Assembly: GCA_902775595.1 (NCBI GenBank) | Contig: CACYNF010000001.1 | Coordinates: 15,165-79,164 of the forward strand | Length of the DNA stretch: 64,000 nucleotides | Source: an uncultured bacterium | Lineage (GTDB): Bacteria; Verrucomicrobiota; Kiritimatiellia; RFP12; UBA1067 | Direction: 5' to 3' | Shown: positions 9,501-18,268 of the stretch, one piece after another | Layout: every line of letters starts with the position of its first letter | Numbering within the stretch: the stretch's first letter is position 1 | The notes under the pieces: model-generated | Told to the model about the DNA's origin: nothing | The model's input: the letters and a program-made list of their open reading frames with translations, nothing else | Databases searched by the model: none | Position numbers and translations under genes: made by a program

Positions 9501-11070
9501 CGCCCTGCGTCGGCGTATCGACGATGTAGCGCACCGTCGCGGCGCCGGCGGGTATCACAGTTTCGGACGTGACGCTCGTCTCGACATGCGCAGTTCCTGC
9601 GAACGAATACGATCCCGCTGCCTGGACCTCCGGCGAAACGAGCCACGAGAGCGTATGCTCTCCCGCGCCGTTGACTTCCACGGGCTCTCCGGCGGCGATT
9701 GCCACGCCATCGAGCGCGAGGGCAAGCGCCTCGTCGCTGCCAGTCGCCGTGAAGGTGACGGAAACAGCGCCTTCCGGCGTATTCAACGGCTGCGAGCCTT
9801 CGATCTTGTCCGGGCCGTCCCACGCGGCGATCTGCGTAATCTCATTATCTGTGAGTTCGCGCGCGAAGATCTGCGGGCGAACCTCCACGCCGGTGAACAC
9901 GGCGGTGGCCGCACTTGGCGCAGTAGCAGCCGTGCCAGTACCAGTCCCTTCGGTATCGACCAACGCCGAGCCGTCGAGGAACACGGCGTAGCGCGCACCG
10001 GCAGAACGTCCGAGGATAAGCGCGACATGGTGCCATGCGCCGTCGAAGAGGCCTCCCGAAGCCGAGGCGACGGCATTCCCGCCGCGGTCCGCGACGAGCG
10101 CGCCGGACGAGTCGAGCCAAAGCGAAACAGACCCGGAATCGACGGAGTTCTCGCTTTGTGCGGCAAAAAGCGACACATAGCCGCCGGCCGCCGGCGCGGC
10201 GGATGCGGGGGCGAAGAACCAGAGGGACACCGAAACGCTCTCGGCGTTCTCGAGCTCGTTCGTCGTGGCGATGGTGACGATATAGTCGTCTTCTCCAGTG
10301 GCGGACGCCGCGTTCGCGAAGTCAAGCGCGCGCACACGCTCCACGTCGTTCGCGTCGCTCGCCGATGCACGTTCGACAACGGCTTCGTCGATCGTGTAGT
10401 TTCCGTCGGCAACGGACGCGATATCCTCGTCGTCAGCAAGCGGCTCCTTCCACGCAAGGGCTTCTTCTGAAGTCCAGGACTGCGAAGCCGAGAGAACGTC
10501 CGCAACCGATTCGACGATGGTCGTCTCGGTGTGCGTGTGCTGCTCGCTTGCGGGTCCTGCGGCAATGCTCTTTCCCTTCGCGAGGTCAACGGGGATGATG
10601 AACGTATCGACCACCTCGCCCGACTCGGACGCGGAATAGTCGACAAGGCGGACTATCGGATACTTCTTCGGGTTCACCTTGAACGGCACGACGACCATCG
10701 TGCCGCCGTTCGTTTCGTCAGGATACGCCTCCGGCGTCGTGCCGTCGGCGCCGTTTTCGTAGTCCTCGCTCGTCCAGAGGACGACGCGGGCGCCGGCCGC
10801 GACGGTCTGCGAAGGCAGGCGGTCGAACTTGCCGGCAACCGCCTCCTTGCCGCGGTTGAAGCGCTGCAGCTCGTAGTTCGCGAGGTCCACCGCCTGGTCG
10901 GACGTGTTCACGAGCTCGACCCAGCCGGACTTCTTTCCGTTCGGGTCGGGCGCATCGACAATATCGCCGTTGACAGTCATCCCCGGCTGCGGGCAGATTT
11001 CCGATATCCTCAGTTGCGCCGAGGCGGACATGGCCATCAAGGCCGCCAGTACGGGAAGAGCATATTTCAT
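6505..11070 (-). CDS. giant secreted protein: lamin-tail (LTD) domains + LamG-like + CotH kinase-like domain
   Basis: Signal peptide MKYALPVLAALMAMSASA. One LTD motif near the N-terminus (LRISEICPQP...GWVELVN) and two more near the C-terminus (ALVITNDNDVAVDVSGWVL, LRVLELMPKP). CotH-like core: VRIDLRGNTSGGWKKKSHGLRF and YPVRLQLNGAFYEMAFHSNRFTDELIEDYYG. ATG 11070, with GGAGG upstream, is preferred over the track's GTG 11076. Confidence 0.8.
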   Translation of the reverse strand: MKYALPVLAALMAMSASAQLRISEICPQPGMTVNGDIVDAPDPNGKKSGWVELVNTSDQAVDLANYELQRFNRGKEAVAGKFDRLPSQTVAAGARVVLWTSEDYENGADGTTPEAYPDETNGGTMVVVPFKVNPKKYPIVRLVDYSASESGEVVDTFIIPVDLAKGKSIAAGPASEQHTHTETTIVESVADVLSASQSWTSEEALAWKEPLADDEDIASVADGNYTIDEAVVERASASDANDVERVRALDFANAASATGEDDYIVTIATTNELENAESVSVSLWFFAPASAAPAAGGYVSLFAAQSENSVDSGSVSLWLDSSGALVADRGGNAVASASGGLFDGAWHHVALILGRSAGARYAVFLDGSALVDTEGTGTGTAATAPSAATAVFTGVEVRPQIFARELTDNEITQIAAWDGPDKIEGSQPLNTPEGAVSVTFTATGSDEALALALDGVAIAAGEPVEVNGAGEHTLSWLVSPEVQAAGSYSFAGTAHVETSVTSETVIPAGAATVRYIVDTPTQGADNGDLSGAIPYGPNIGPLYGVKHKLVDWNAFAQATNGQDYAVSFAVNPVSAMEGDQIVSVKLIYRADFGDEVTNAVAMAAGAYDKKGAGQTYADTISAAAVPAAGHLLRWAAVIEDAQGRTWRSPSFCDPDGSYQYYGTIVAPTADQVSANLQTFHLFADANSVAQMDIDADKQNKTLVPYNARVGIYDGSTGFYYDNVRIDLRGNTSGGWKKKSHGLRFNKSQPLTCTDPVTGQTVEEIRKTSFIAEYPDPAHIRQALSFQVFRDAGCLVPFDYPVRLQLNGAFYEMAFHSNRFTDELIEDYYGLDPEGYAYKNVGTFANYATTGTPEKKTPDDGHETDSTSQTVLKALCNDLAGSSVNETDDDSALDNAALSRKVVKHFDLPAWLHYLAVARITTETDDTWANISAYYDVNGTGTWMPLAYDLNSSWGQFYKDDGIGQIGPLADEDWFKAHPLYGGYRIMAHKSEGGDVIGGAIGSSTCRGNRAIDAIYQDARFRRMYLRRLRTLMDEVLKAPGTAKEDTPFWQWVQMVTDAEWEDARLDQMHWEQSSASGKTYANSEIWVWKNTPRFNWDADGNEITPNGLDDLWDNYIEPRRTHLFVTHSETNTAKTIGYAWDKNAGIPESQAPTETLRAGFAVVNTYVNEGGSTLFDAANQTALVITNDNDVAVDVSGWVLSGSVSYTMAPGTVIDAHGVLIVAADRKAYVEANLANLTDEMLVGNAAFDGSVSSLFFKDAAGVEVFKLVEPTDVSRNLRVLELMPKPAGDGDTGEYIVLTNCSAEVTLDLAGVRVSGTDFEFTVGEGTLAPGGTIRFDRADWWPEAKIKNGKPDVYIYDANGTLGQHCHVETKWEGFEAANQQGGSFLALGFGDEVTEPSQWTVLVPETGHIGAKSAEGFVILAEEDADYDASKPLTFGTPDPAVGTLAISASMIPPESGTTATLTLLYKTDLLVKEFSEIEVTVSDINVESGTATVTIPDELKNLPAAFFFGFTNGPGVE

Positions 11071-11085
11071 CGACACACCCTCCCC

Positions 11086-13908
11086 TTACCAGACCAGGAA
11101 CATCGTTCCGCGGACAGCGCTGCTCTGCGGGCAGGTCAGGAACTCCGGGTCGGAAACCGTGGCGTTTTCGGCAAACGCCCAGTCATCCGAGACCGAGCCG
11201 TTCTTGACGCGGATTTCGTCGAGCGAGCCCTTGAAGCCGATGGCGCTGCCGCCGGCGGCGTCGTAGGAGTTGCCGAAGGAGAACGGGTCGCCCGTTCCGA
11301 CGGGCAGGAGCCCCGTAAAGGTCGTCGACTGCGTCGAATCGCCCGACTTGTAGTTGGAATGCGTCGCACGCGCGCCTGCGACGTGGGCGTAGGTCGGGTT
11401 CGGGCTCGCGTTGAACGAGAACGACAGGTGCGTCCACGTGTCGCTCCAGGAGGTCTCGACGCCGCTGCCGGGCTCGACCTTGATGTACTGGTCGAAGCCG
11501 GCGCCGTTCAGCGTCGGGTTGCCGCGAACTTCGACGACGGGGGTCGTGGCGGAGACGCCGGAAACCGTCGAGACGTTCAGACCCGTCGCCTGGTCGCTCA
11601 CGTTGCTGCGGTTGCCGAAAAGACGCTCGGCGTTCTGCGGCGCCCGCGTTTCGCTGTGCTTGGCCCAGAAGGAGACCGTCATGTTCGCGAGGCTGTCGAG
11701 GTAGTCCTCGAAGTCGTCGACCGCGATGCGCGCCTGGTTGCCGTCGGCCGCCTCGTCGACGAGGCGCGCGGCGCCGACCGCGCCGGTGACCTGGTTCGCG
11801 ACGCCGGCGTCCGATCCGTTCGCGAGAACGCCGGTGCCGGAGAGCCCCTGAACGGTCGAGCCCGCGAAGGCGGGGCCGTCCTCGCCGAGGTGGAGAACCG
11901 CGACGTAGCCCGCCGTGCGCCAGAGCGCAGGCGCGAGGTTCGGCGCCGTCCAGCCCGCGTTGCCCGAGGCGAGCGTCAGCGTGGCGTCCTGCGCGAGCGA
12001 AGGCATCAGCACCCAGACGAGCGACTCGTCCGTCGCGCTCCACGTGTCTATTTCATAAGGCAGGAACGCGCCGTTCGCATCGAAGAACGCCATCTCGGCG
12101 GCGTCGGCGACCGTCCCGGCGGGGATGCGCACGAGCACCGGGAAATTCGCGATGGCGGACTTGTTCGCGTCGTAGCCCGCCACCTTGTAGACGATGGTCG
12201 AATCGAAGTCGGCGACGGCGGGCGGAAGCCAGTCCTCGATCGTCGCCGTCCCGGTCGTGCCGACGAGGTAGAGTCCGGCCGGATCGGGGACGAGGGACAG
12301 CGTCTTGTCGCCCGAGGCGAGATCAATCACGGCCTCGACGGGAACCGTCGCGGAGGCGACGCCCTCGGGGATCGTCACCGTGCGCACCATCTCGCGGAAG
12401 TTGTCGAACTCCGTCGCCGTGCCGGAGAGCGTGAAGGAAATCGTGACGGGGCCGCCCGGCACGCCGGTGTCGGAGGCGTTGCCGCGCGAAACCGTGAAGA
12501 CGCCCGAGCCGCCGTTCTCGGACATCGCCGCCGGCGCCGTGATGTCGATCTCGCCGTTGAAGAACGTGCCGACACCCTCGCGCAGGACTGACTCCGAGCC
12601 CTTCCTGCCGAGGACCGCGAAGGAGTAGATCTTGTTCGCCGTGAGACCCGTCGGCGTGCAGGTGTAGAACGTGTCGGGGTCGCCGTCCACGCCCGTCGCG
12701 TTGTCGAGTGCGTTCGTGACGGCGTTGCCGCTGCGGTCGGTGAAGACGGCGTAGAGATCGCAGTCCTCGCCTTCGTCCATGTTCGCGTGGAACACGAACT
12801 GGTTGTTCGACTTCGTGACGAACGGCACGGAGTTGAAGACGGGGGCTCCTTCAACCGGCGGGTGGCCCGGCAGCAGCGAGAGGAAGATCTTGCCCTTGTG
12901 GTTGCCGTCATTCGGGTTGATCGCGTAAACGGCAGGGTCGGACAGGTCGTAGTCCGCCGGATCGACGCCCGCCGGGTCGTTGCCCGAGGCGAGCGACCCG
13001 ATGCCCAGGCCGCACGCCGTCATGGCGTTCGTCCAGCCGTCGAAGTAGTCGATGTAGACGTAGTTCGTCACGCAGGCCGAGGCGGCGCTCGTCCAGAACG
13101 TGTTCTTGACGAAGCCCGATGTCGGCGCCGGGCCGTACCACTCGACGGTGTGCAGCTTGTCGCAGCGCTCGAAGACGCCCTTGGTGTTGTCCATGCTGTC
13201 GACGCCCGACCCCTGTACACCGAACGAGGTCAGCTTCGGGCCGATCACGACCTTCGTGATGTCCACGTCCATGTAGAACGCGGCCGACTGGAGCGTCTCG
13301 ACGCCGCGCAGCTCGATTTCGCCGGAGAGCTTCATCGGCGTGGTGCCGTCCCATTTGGAGTGGTGGGCGAACGCGCCCGTTTGGACGGTCTTCACCGACG
13401 GCGGCAGCGACGGCGTGAAGGAGAGGTTGCCGAACGTCGAGTTGAACGCGCTCGCGCCGATGTACTCAAGCTTGTTGCCGAGCGTGAAGCCCGTGAAGCC
13501 CGTCGCGTAGCCGAACGCCGCGTCGCCGATGTTCGTGACGGACGTGAGGGAGAGCGTCCCCGACACGGCCTTGTTGTTGTAGAACGCCCAGGGGGCGACC
13601 TCGACGATCGTCCACTCGTTGTCCTCGCCGTCCACGATGGGCTGCGTGAGGTCGAACGAGCCGCTGTAGGTCTGGCTGTTGTTGGGCAGCGCGTTCGAAC
13701 GCGTGTTGCCAGTCCGGCCGAGCATGAGCGTCCGGTCGGCGGTACTCTTCACGGTCATGTTGAGCGTGTGGGTGCCGTCGGTCATCGTGACGTCGCCCGA
13801 TGTGCCGGACAGCGTCCAGTCCGCCTGCGCGGCGAACGCGAACAGCAACGAGGCGAGCGCGCTAAGTGCGCATTTCCACCCCGTGATTATGTCAATGTAT
13901 CTCTTCAT
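11086..13908 (-). CDS. secreted protein: BspA-type LRR + Calx-beta-like + DUF2341 + LamG
   Basis: Signal peptide ...SLLFAFAAQA. LRR_5-like segment IGDAAFGYATGFTGFTLGNKLEYIGASAFN. DUF2341 motif FPVLVRIPAG...FLPYEIDTWSATDESLVWVLMPSL. LamG closing strand FKGSLDEIRVKNGSVSDDW. Confidence 0.75.
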   Translation of the reverse strand: MKRYIDIITGWKCALSALASLLFAFAAQADWTLSGTSGDVTMTDGTHTLNMTVKSTADRTLMLGRTGNTRSNALPNNSQTYSGSFDLTQPIVDGEDNEWTIVEVAPWAFYNNKAVSGTLSLTSVTNIGDAAFGYATGFTGFTLGNKLEYIGASAFNSTFGNLSFTPSLPPSVKTVQTGAFAHHSKWDGTTPMKLSGEIELRGVETLQSAAFYMDVDITKVVIGPKLTSFGVQGSGVDSMDNTKGVFERCDKLHTVEWYGPAPTSGFVKNTFWTSAASACVTNYVYIDYFDGWTNAMTACGLGIGSLASGNDPAGVDPADYDLSDPAVYAINPNDGNHKGKIFLSLLPGHPPVEGAPVFNSVPFVTKSNNQFVFHANMDEGEDCDLYAVFTDRSGNAVTNALDNATGVDGDPDTFYTCTPTGLTANKIYSFAVLGRKGSESVLREGVGTFFNGEIDITAPAAMSENGGSGVFTVSRGNASDTGVPGGPVTISFTLSGTATEFDNFREMVRTVTIPEGVASATVPVEAVIDLASGDKTLSLVPDPAGLYLVGTTGTATIEDWLPPAVADFDSTIVYKVAGYDANKSAIANFPVLVRIPAGTVADAAEMAFFDANGAFLPYEIDTWSATDESLVWVLMPSLAQDATLTLASGNAGWTAPNLAPALWRTAGYVAVLHLGEDGPAFAGSTVQGLSGTGVLANGSDAGVANQVTGAVGAARLVDEAADGNQARIAVDDFEDYLDSLANMTVSFWAKHSETRAPQNAERLFGNRSNVSDQATGLNVSTVSGVSATTPVVEVRGNPTLNGAGFDQYIKVEPGSGVETSWSDTWTHLSFSFNASPNPTYAHVAGARATHSNYKSGDSTQSTTFTGLLPVGTGDPFSFGNSYDAAGGSAIGFKGSLDEIRVKNGSVSDDWAFAENATVSDPEFLTCPQSSAVRGTMFLVW

Positions 13909-13948
13909 GAACTACATCCTTAGTTTATTTTAAATTTGACCATAGAAA

Positions 13949-16900
13949 TCAACGAAGTTTCAAGACGAAGTTGCCGCGACGGATGACGACGGAGCCTCCG
14001 CCCCCAGATGAACTGTCCTCGACAGATGCGCCCAGCCCCGCGAGAGCCGCGGCGGAATAGGTGCCAGACTTGAGCTTGTTCGTAACAGCGCCGGAATCCG
14101 TCACCCAGTAGAATTCCCTGAGTGTGAGCGCATGGCCCTCAAGATCGAGAAACGCCGTGTCGTCGGCGAGCGTGACGGACTCGGCGCGGAAATCCGCGTT
14201 CACCGCCGCGCGTCCGTAGTTCGCGATCTCGTAGTGCGCTTTCTTGTAGTCCCTGAGGCTGTCGCCGCCGTAGCCGAGAGAGACCATTTCCGTCGTGTTG
14301 GTGTTGACGGGCGATTTGTTCTTGATTCTGCTCGTGATGTACCCCGCGTTCACCGGATCCATCGCAATGCGGATGATGCCGCCCTTCTCGCCGTCCGCGG
14401 CCGTTTCGAGATAGACCGTACCAGCTGAGGCGTCGCAGACAGCATTCGTTCCGCCCTTCCACCAGCTGCCGCCGCCCGCCTCGATGCGCCCCGCGAAATC
14501 CGAGAAGTCCGCGCCGGGTGCCGTGAGGCGGACGGCAATGCGCCCGCCCGCGCCCGCCCGGTCGTCGTAGTTGCCGCCATTGGCCCGCATCGTCCCGGCG
14601 CCGACGAGCCGGCCGGCCGTGACGTTGATGGCGCCGCCGACGCCGCCGGTCCGGCCGCCGTTGTTGGCCCTCGCTTCGGGAAGTCCGCTCGCGAGCGCGG
14701 TGCCGTCGAGCCGGAGCGTGCCGTCCACCCGGCATGCGATCGCGCCGCCTCCGGTCCGATTCCCTTCGGCGGTGCAGCCGGGGAGCCGCGGGTCGAAGAC
14801 GGAGTCGTAGGCGCGGGAAAGGGGCGCGCCGGACTCGTCGCGCCCGACGTAGAACGCGCGGCCGCCATGTGCGGTGGCGCCGAGCATGCCGCTCGTCGCG
14901 CCAAGCGACTCCTTGACGAAACCGCAGTCAGTCGCACGCAGCCAGCTATCTGATGTAACGGTCAGGTCGCCGCGAACCTCGAAGGAGCAGACTGGGAAAA
15001 TCGCGAGCGTATCCGAATTGTCGACGTTGCCGGTCAGCGGATGGAAGCCGATGGCGGCGTTGTTCGAGACGGCGACGCTGCCCGAGAAGACGAAATTCGT
15101 CCAGGGGACGAACATCCAGCGGTCCGCGATCGTCTGGTCGCCGGCACCGATGTTGAGCGCACCGCCCTCGTAGCGCAGGCCGCCGAGCGCCTCCGGGTCC
15201 GTCTCCATCCCGTAGCAGCTCGCGAGACCTCCGGGAAGCGTGAGCGTCGTTCCTACCGGGACACGCAAAAAGCCGCGGTGTCCGAACTCGATGGCGTCGA
15301 ACGTCCAGTTGCCCTCGTCCGTGACCGACGGGCAGCGCCAGAAAGTCGGATATTGCCCGAGTTCAGGGCCGTTCGCATTGGCCTGCTGTGCAATCACGAG
15401 AAGTCCGTTCGGGCGCGTCGCGTCGCGGAAGACGACCGTGCCGGAACCGCCGCCGTAGCGGGCGACCCAGTTGTCGGTGGGCGAGCCCATCCAGTAGCCC
15501 TCGGCGGAAATGGCGTCGAAGGTCGAACGGTCAACCGGGACGCGCGTGACGATCGCAACGCGCCCGCCCGTTCCCTTGTAGTTGCTGTCAACTGTGACTT
15601 GGTAGTCAGTATCAAAACTAATCCCTTCCTCCCTGAGTCCAGTCCCCATGGCAGTGATGCGTCCGGTCCCGGAAAGCGTGTCGGCCCTGAGGAACACCGA
15701 CCCCCCCGCGCCCAAAGCGCCGCCGTAATCGCCATTTTTGGTGAAACCGGAACTGGCATCCCAGGCATCTGAACGAATCGTTCCATCAACCACGGCCGCG
15801 CCGGACACTTCAATATAAATCGCGCCGCCCCCCTTGCCGTTCGCCTTATTGGAGGCGTTGGCGTGGAATGGCATGCCGATGTGAACCGGTTCGCGCGGGT
15901 CGCCGTAGCAGGGCGGGGAGTCCGCGTTCATCCGGCCGCCGTGGGAGCAGCCGGGAACACGCGAGCCATTGACGGTCACATAGTAGCCCTTGCCGCGCGC
16001 GTCAATCACGCCGCCCGCGCCGACGTGCAGCGAGCCGGCCGAGATGCAGATGCGGTAGGTCTCGTTGGCCTTCAGATCGCCCAGCCAGTCCCAGTTCGCA
16101 TCGTGATAGGTCGCCATTGTGCGCGACTGCGGATGTGTGAGGGAGCCTCCGTCGACGACCATCGCGCCCGTGACGGTCAGGCACTCGAAATCGCCCTTCC
16201 CGGGGAATGTCGTGCACAGCGTGTTTGTGCCGGTAAAGGTGGAGAACTGCGTCCAGGACGCGACCGTGTGCGAGGCGGCGGCGTCCCATTCACAGGCGGC
16301 GTTCGAGAGCTGTCCGTCGAAGACGACATGCTCGTCGGAGTGCGGCGCGTGGCCGAGCGACCAGTTGGCGTCAACCGAGGCGAGGCCATCGGCGGCCGCC
16401 TTCCATGCATTGACCGCGCCGTTGACGATCGTCAGCGTCGCAGAGCCCGCCGAAGACGAAATCCCGTAGAGTCCGGACGCGAGCGTAAGCGTCACCGTCG
16501 CGTCGGCGGTCACGGCGCTGTCGAGAAGCGGCACGACCGCGACGTCAACCGAAGCCGCGCCGTCGGGAATCGTCACGACATGCGGAACGGATTCGTAGGT
16601 CTGCCCTTCGGCGGCGGTGCCGTCGAGCGTGAACGCCACGACGAGATCGTTCGCGGTGTCGGCGCGCGTGATGCGGAACGCCCCCGGCACAAGCCCGGCC
16701 TCGTTCGCGTCGGACACCTTCGAGACAGAGAGATCGCCGGTGTAGAGCGCCGTGGCGCCGGAAGCGGAAGACGTCAGCCTGTCTGCGGATTCCGCGACAA
16801 CCGTGTACGTGTAGGTCGTGTCGTCCGCAAGACGTGAAATAATCCCCGAATACGTCTTCGGCAGCGAAGCGTCCGCACTGGTCATTGGGAATGCGTTTGC

Positions 16901-18169
16901 GCCGATGACGCACGAAATGGCGACAGCGTCGACATCAGACACGACGACAGACACGGTAAACGATCCGTCCGCGTTTCTCGCAGCCGTCGGCGTCGCAAGG
17001 TTCGGCGCACCGGTAAGCTGGGCCGCGCCGTACTCAAGGAACGCGGCATTCGCCATCGAATCGTATTCGGCCTTCTGCCAGTCGTCTGAAGTCGCGACGC
17101 CGCGCAGCCGCACTTCGTCGATGACTCCCTTCCAGCTTCTGTCGCCTTCAGCTCCGTTGTATCCGTCCGTGTCGTTGCCGAAAACCCAGTACATGTCGTT
17201 GTCGGTAGCCTTGCTGAAGTGCGAACCCGCGCCGCCAATTAGTGCGCCGTCCTGATAGACGCTGGCCGAGCTCCCGTCGAACACGAACACGAGATATGAC
17301 CACGTGTTCTTGAGCGTGGAGACGGAAACGCTGTTGGCGTCGTCATTGCCGTTGTTGCCGCCGCGTAGGTCAAGCGCGTCCTTGGCATTCCGCATCTCGA
17401 TGGCGATGCAGCCGTTAGTGGAACCTGACGCATCACGCTTGTAGAACAGGTGGTCGTAGTAGTAGTCCTGGTTCTTGTGCCAGAACCAGCCGGAGATCGT
17501 GAATACGCCGTTGAACTTCGTGCAGTCTTGCGAGCCATCGACATAGATGCCGCCAATCTTGTTCTTTGCATCGGACGAATCGGAAATCTGCCGTCCGCCG
17601 CCTACCTTTCCGGCGACGCCGAGCGTAGTCGGCGTGTTTGCGCCGTCAAGCGCCGAGCCGTTCGCAGTCGAGTTCGCGGAAGTTCCGCCCGCTCCCGCTT
17701 CGCCGAGATGCCAGACTCCGGCGTAGTCTGCGCTCCACGGATTTTCCGCGTTCATGGCCTTGCCAGACGACCCGGAACCCCAGAACATCGCGAACTGCGT
17801 CCCGTTCGTCATCTCCGGCAGCCGCACCCAGACGAGCGACTCGCCGAACGCGTCCCACGTGTCGATCTCGTAGGCGAGACCGTTGCCCTGCATGTCGGTG
17901 AAGCCGATGTCGATGTCGGCGAGATCGGTTGCCGCCGCGTTCTTCACGTCTCTATAGAAGAAGCCGCCGATGCCGGTGCCGGCCGTCTCGTCGCGCTCCG
18001 CGATGCGCACGAGGACGGGAAAGTTCTCAAGCGTCGACTGCCCTGCGTAGCCGTCTACCGTCAGCACGGCTCCCTTTGCGAATTCAGCGCTCTGCGGACG
18101 CGGCAACGCGGCATCTGCCGTCGCCGCGAACGCAAGCGACAGTACCACAAGAATGCAGCGTTTCCTCAT
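13949..18169 (-). CDS. giant secreted protein: DUF2341 + LamG + Calx-beta-like + Gly-rich beta-helix-like region
   Basis: ATG 18169 gives the canonical signal peptide MRKRCILVVLSLAFAATADA; the track start at 18187 is GTG. DUF2341 motif FPVLVRIAER...LAYEIDTWDAFGESLVWVRLPEM. LamG strand WKGVIDEVRLRGVATSDDW. Confidence 0.75.
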   Translation of the reverse strand: MRKRCILVVLSLAFAATADAALPRPQSAEFAKGAVLTVDGYAGQSTLENFPVLVRIAERDETAGTGIGGFFYRDVKNAAATDLADIDIGFTDMQGNGLAYEIDTWDAFGESLVWVRLPEMTNGTQFAMFWGSGSSGKAMNAENPWSADYAGVWHLGEAGAGGTSANSTANGSALDGANTPTTLGVAGKVGGGRQISDSSDAKNKIGGIYVDGSQDCTKFNGVFTISGWFWHKNQDYYYDHLFYKRDASGSTNGCIAIEMRNAKDALDLRGGNNGNDDANSVSVSTLKNTWSYLVFVFDGSSASVYQDGALIGGAGSHFSKATDNDMYWVFGNDTDGYNGAEGDRSWKGVIDEVRLRGVATSDDWQKAEYDSMANAAFLEYGAAQLTGAPNLATPTAARNADGSFTVSVVVSDVDAVAISCVIGANAFPMTSADASLPKTYSGIISRLADDTTYTYTVVAESADRLTSSASGATALYTGDLSVSKVSDANEAGLVPGAFRITRADTANDLVVAFTLDGTAAEGQTYESVPHVVTIPDGAASVDVAVVPLLDSAVTADATVTLTLASGLYGISSSAGSATLTIVNGAVNAWKAAADGLASVDANWSLGHAPHSDEHVVFDGQLSNAACEWDAAASHTVASWTQFSTFTGTNTLCTTFPGKGDFECLTVTGAMVVDGGSLTHPQSRTMATYHDANWDWLGDLKANETYRICISAGSLHVGAGGVIDARGKGYYVTVNGSRVPGCSHGGRMNADSPPCYGDPREPVHIGMPFHANASNKANGKGGGAIYIEVSGAAVVDGTIRSDAWDASSGFTKNGDYGGALGAGGSVFLRADTLSGTGRITAMGTGLREEGISFDTDYQVTVDSNYKGTGGRVAIVTRVPVDRSTFDAISAEGYWMGSPTDNWVARYGGGSGTVVFRDATRPNGLLVIAQQANANGPELGQYPTFWRCPSVTDEGNWTFDAIEFGHRGFLRVPVGTTLTLPGGLASCYGMETDPEALGGLRYEGGALNIGAGDQTIADRWMFVPWTNFVFSGSVAVSNNAAIGFHPLTGNVDNSDTLAIFPVCSFEVRGDLTVTSDSWLRATDCGFVKESLGATSGMLGATAHGGRAFYVGRDESGAPLSRAYDSVFDPRLPGCTAEGNRTGGGAIACRVDGTLRLDGTALASGLPEARANNGGRTGGVGGAINVTAGRLVGAGTMRANGGNYDDRAGAGGRIAVRLTAPGADFSDFAGRIEAGGGSWWKGGTNAVCDASAGTVYLETAADGEKGGIIRIAMDPVNAGYITSRIKNKSPVNTNTTEMVSLGYGGDSLRDYKKAHYEIANYGRAAVNADFRAESVTLADDTAFLDLEGHALTLREFYWVTDSGAVTNKLKSGTYSAAALAGLGASVEDSSSGGGGSVVIRRGNFVLKLR

Positions 18170-18223
18170 ATGTCCAGCCCCCAACACTCGACAAAACTAC
18201 AAATGTACTTTTACCGTTTCGGC

Positions 18224-18232
18224 ATTGTACCA
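18224..18232 (-). promoter_or_regulatory. extended -10 box TGGTACAAT upstream of the 1406-aa surface protein gene
   Basis: The plus strand reads attgtacca. It is a one-mismatch variant of the recurrent TGGTATAAT. Confidence 0.4.
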
Positions 18233-18268
18233 CTTGTGAGACAAAACTGTCAAGCCTGTCTGCTCAGC

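Noticed and set aside
6838-10470. Very long plus-strand ORFs (e.g. 177-1733, 1643-2665, 6838-10470, 10531-12591, 12787-13923, 36907-39261, 41289-44747, 49-kb region frames)
   Set aside because: They lie antisense to genes with clear family signatures. Their translations are Arg/Ala/Gly/Val/Asp-rich low-complexity strings, as is typical of shadow frames in high-GC DNA. None has a recognisable motif or a start signal.
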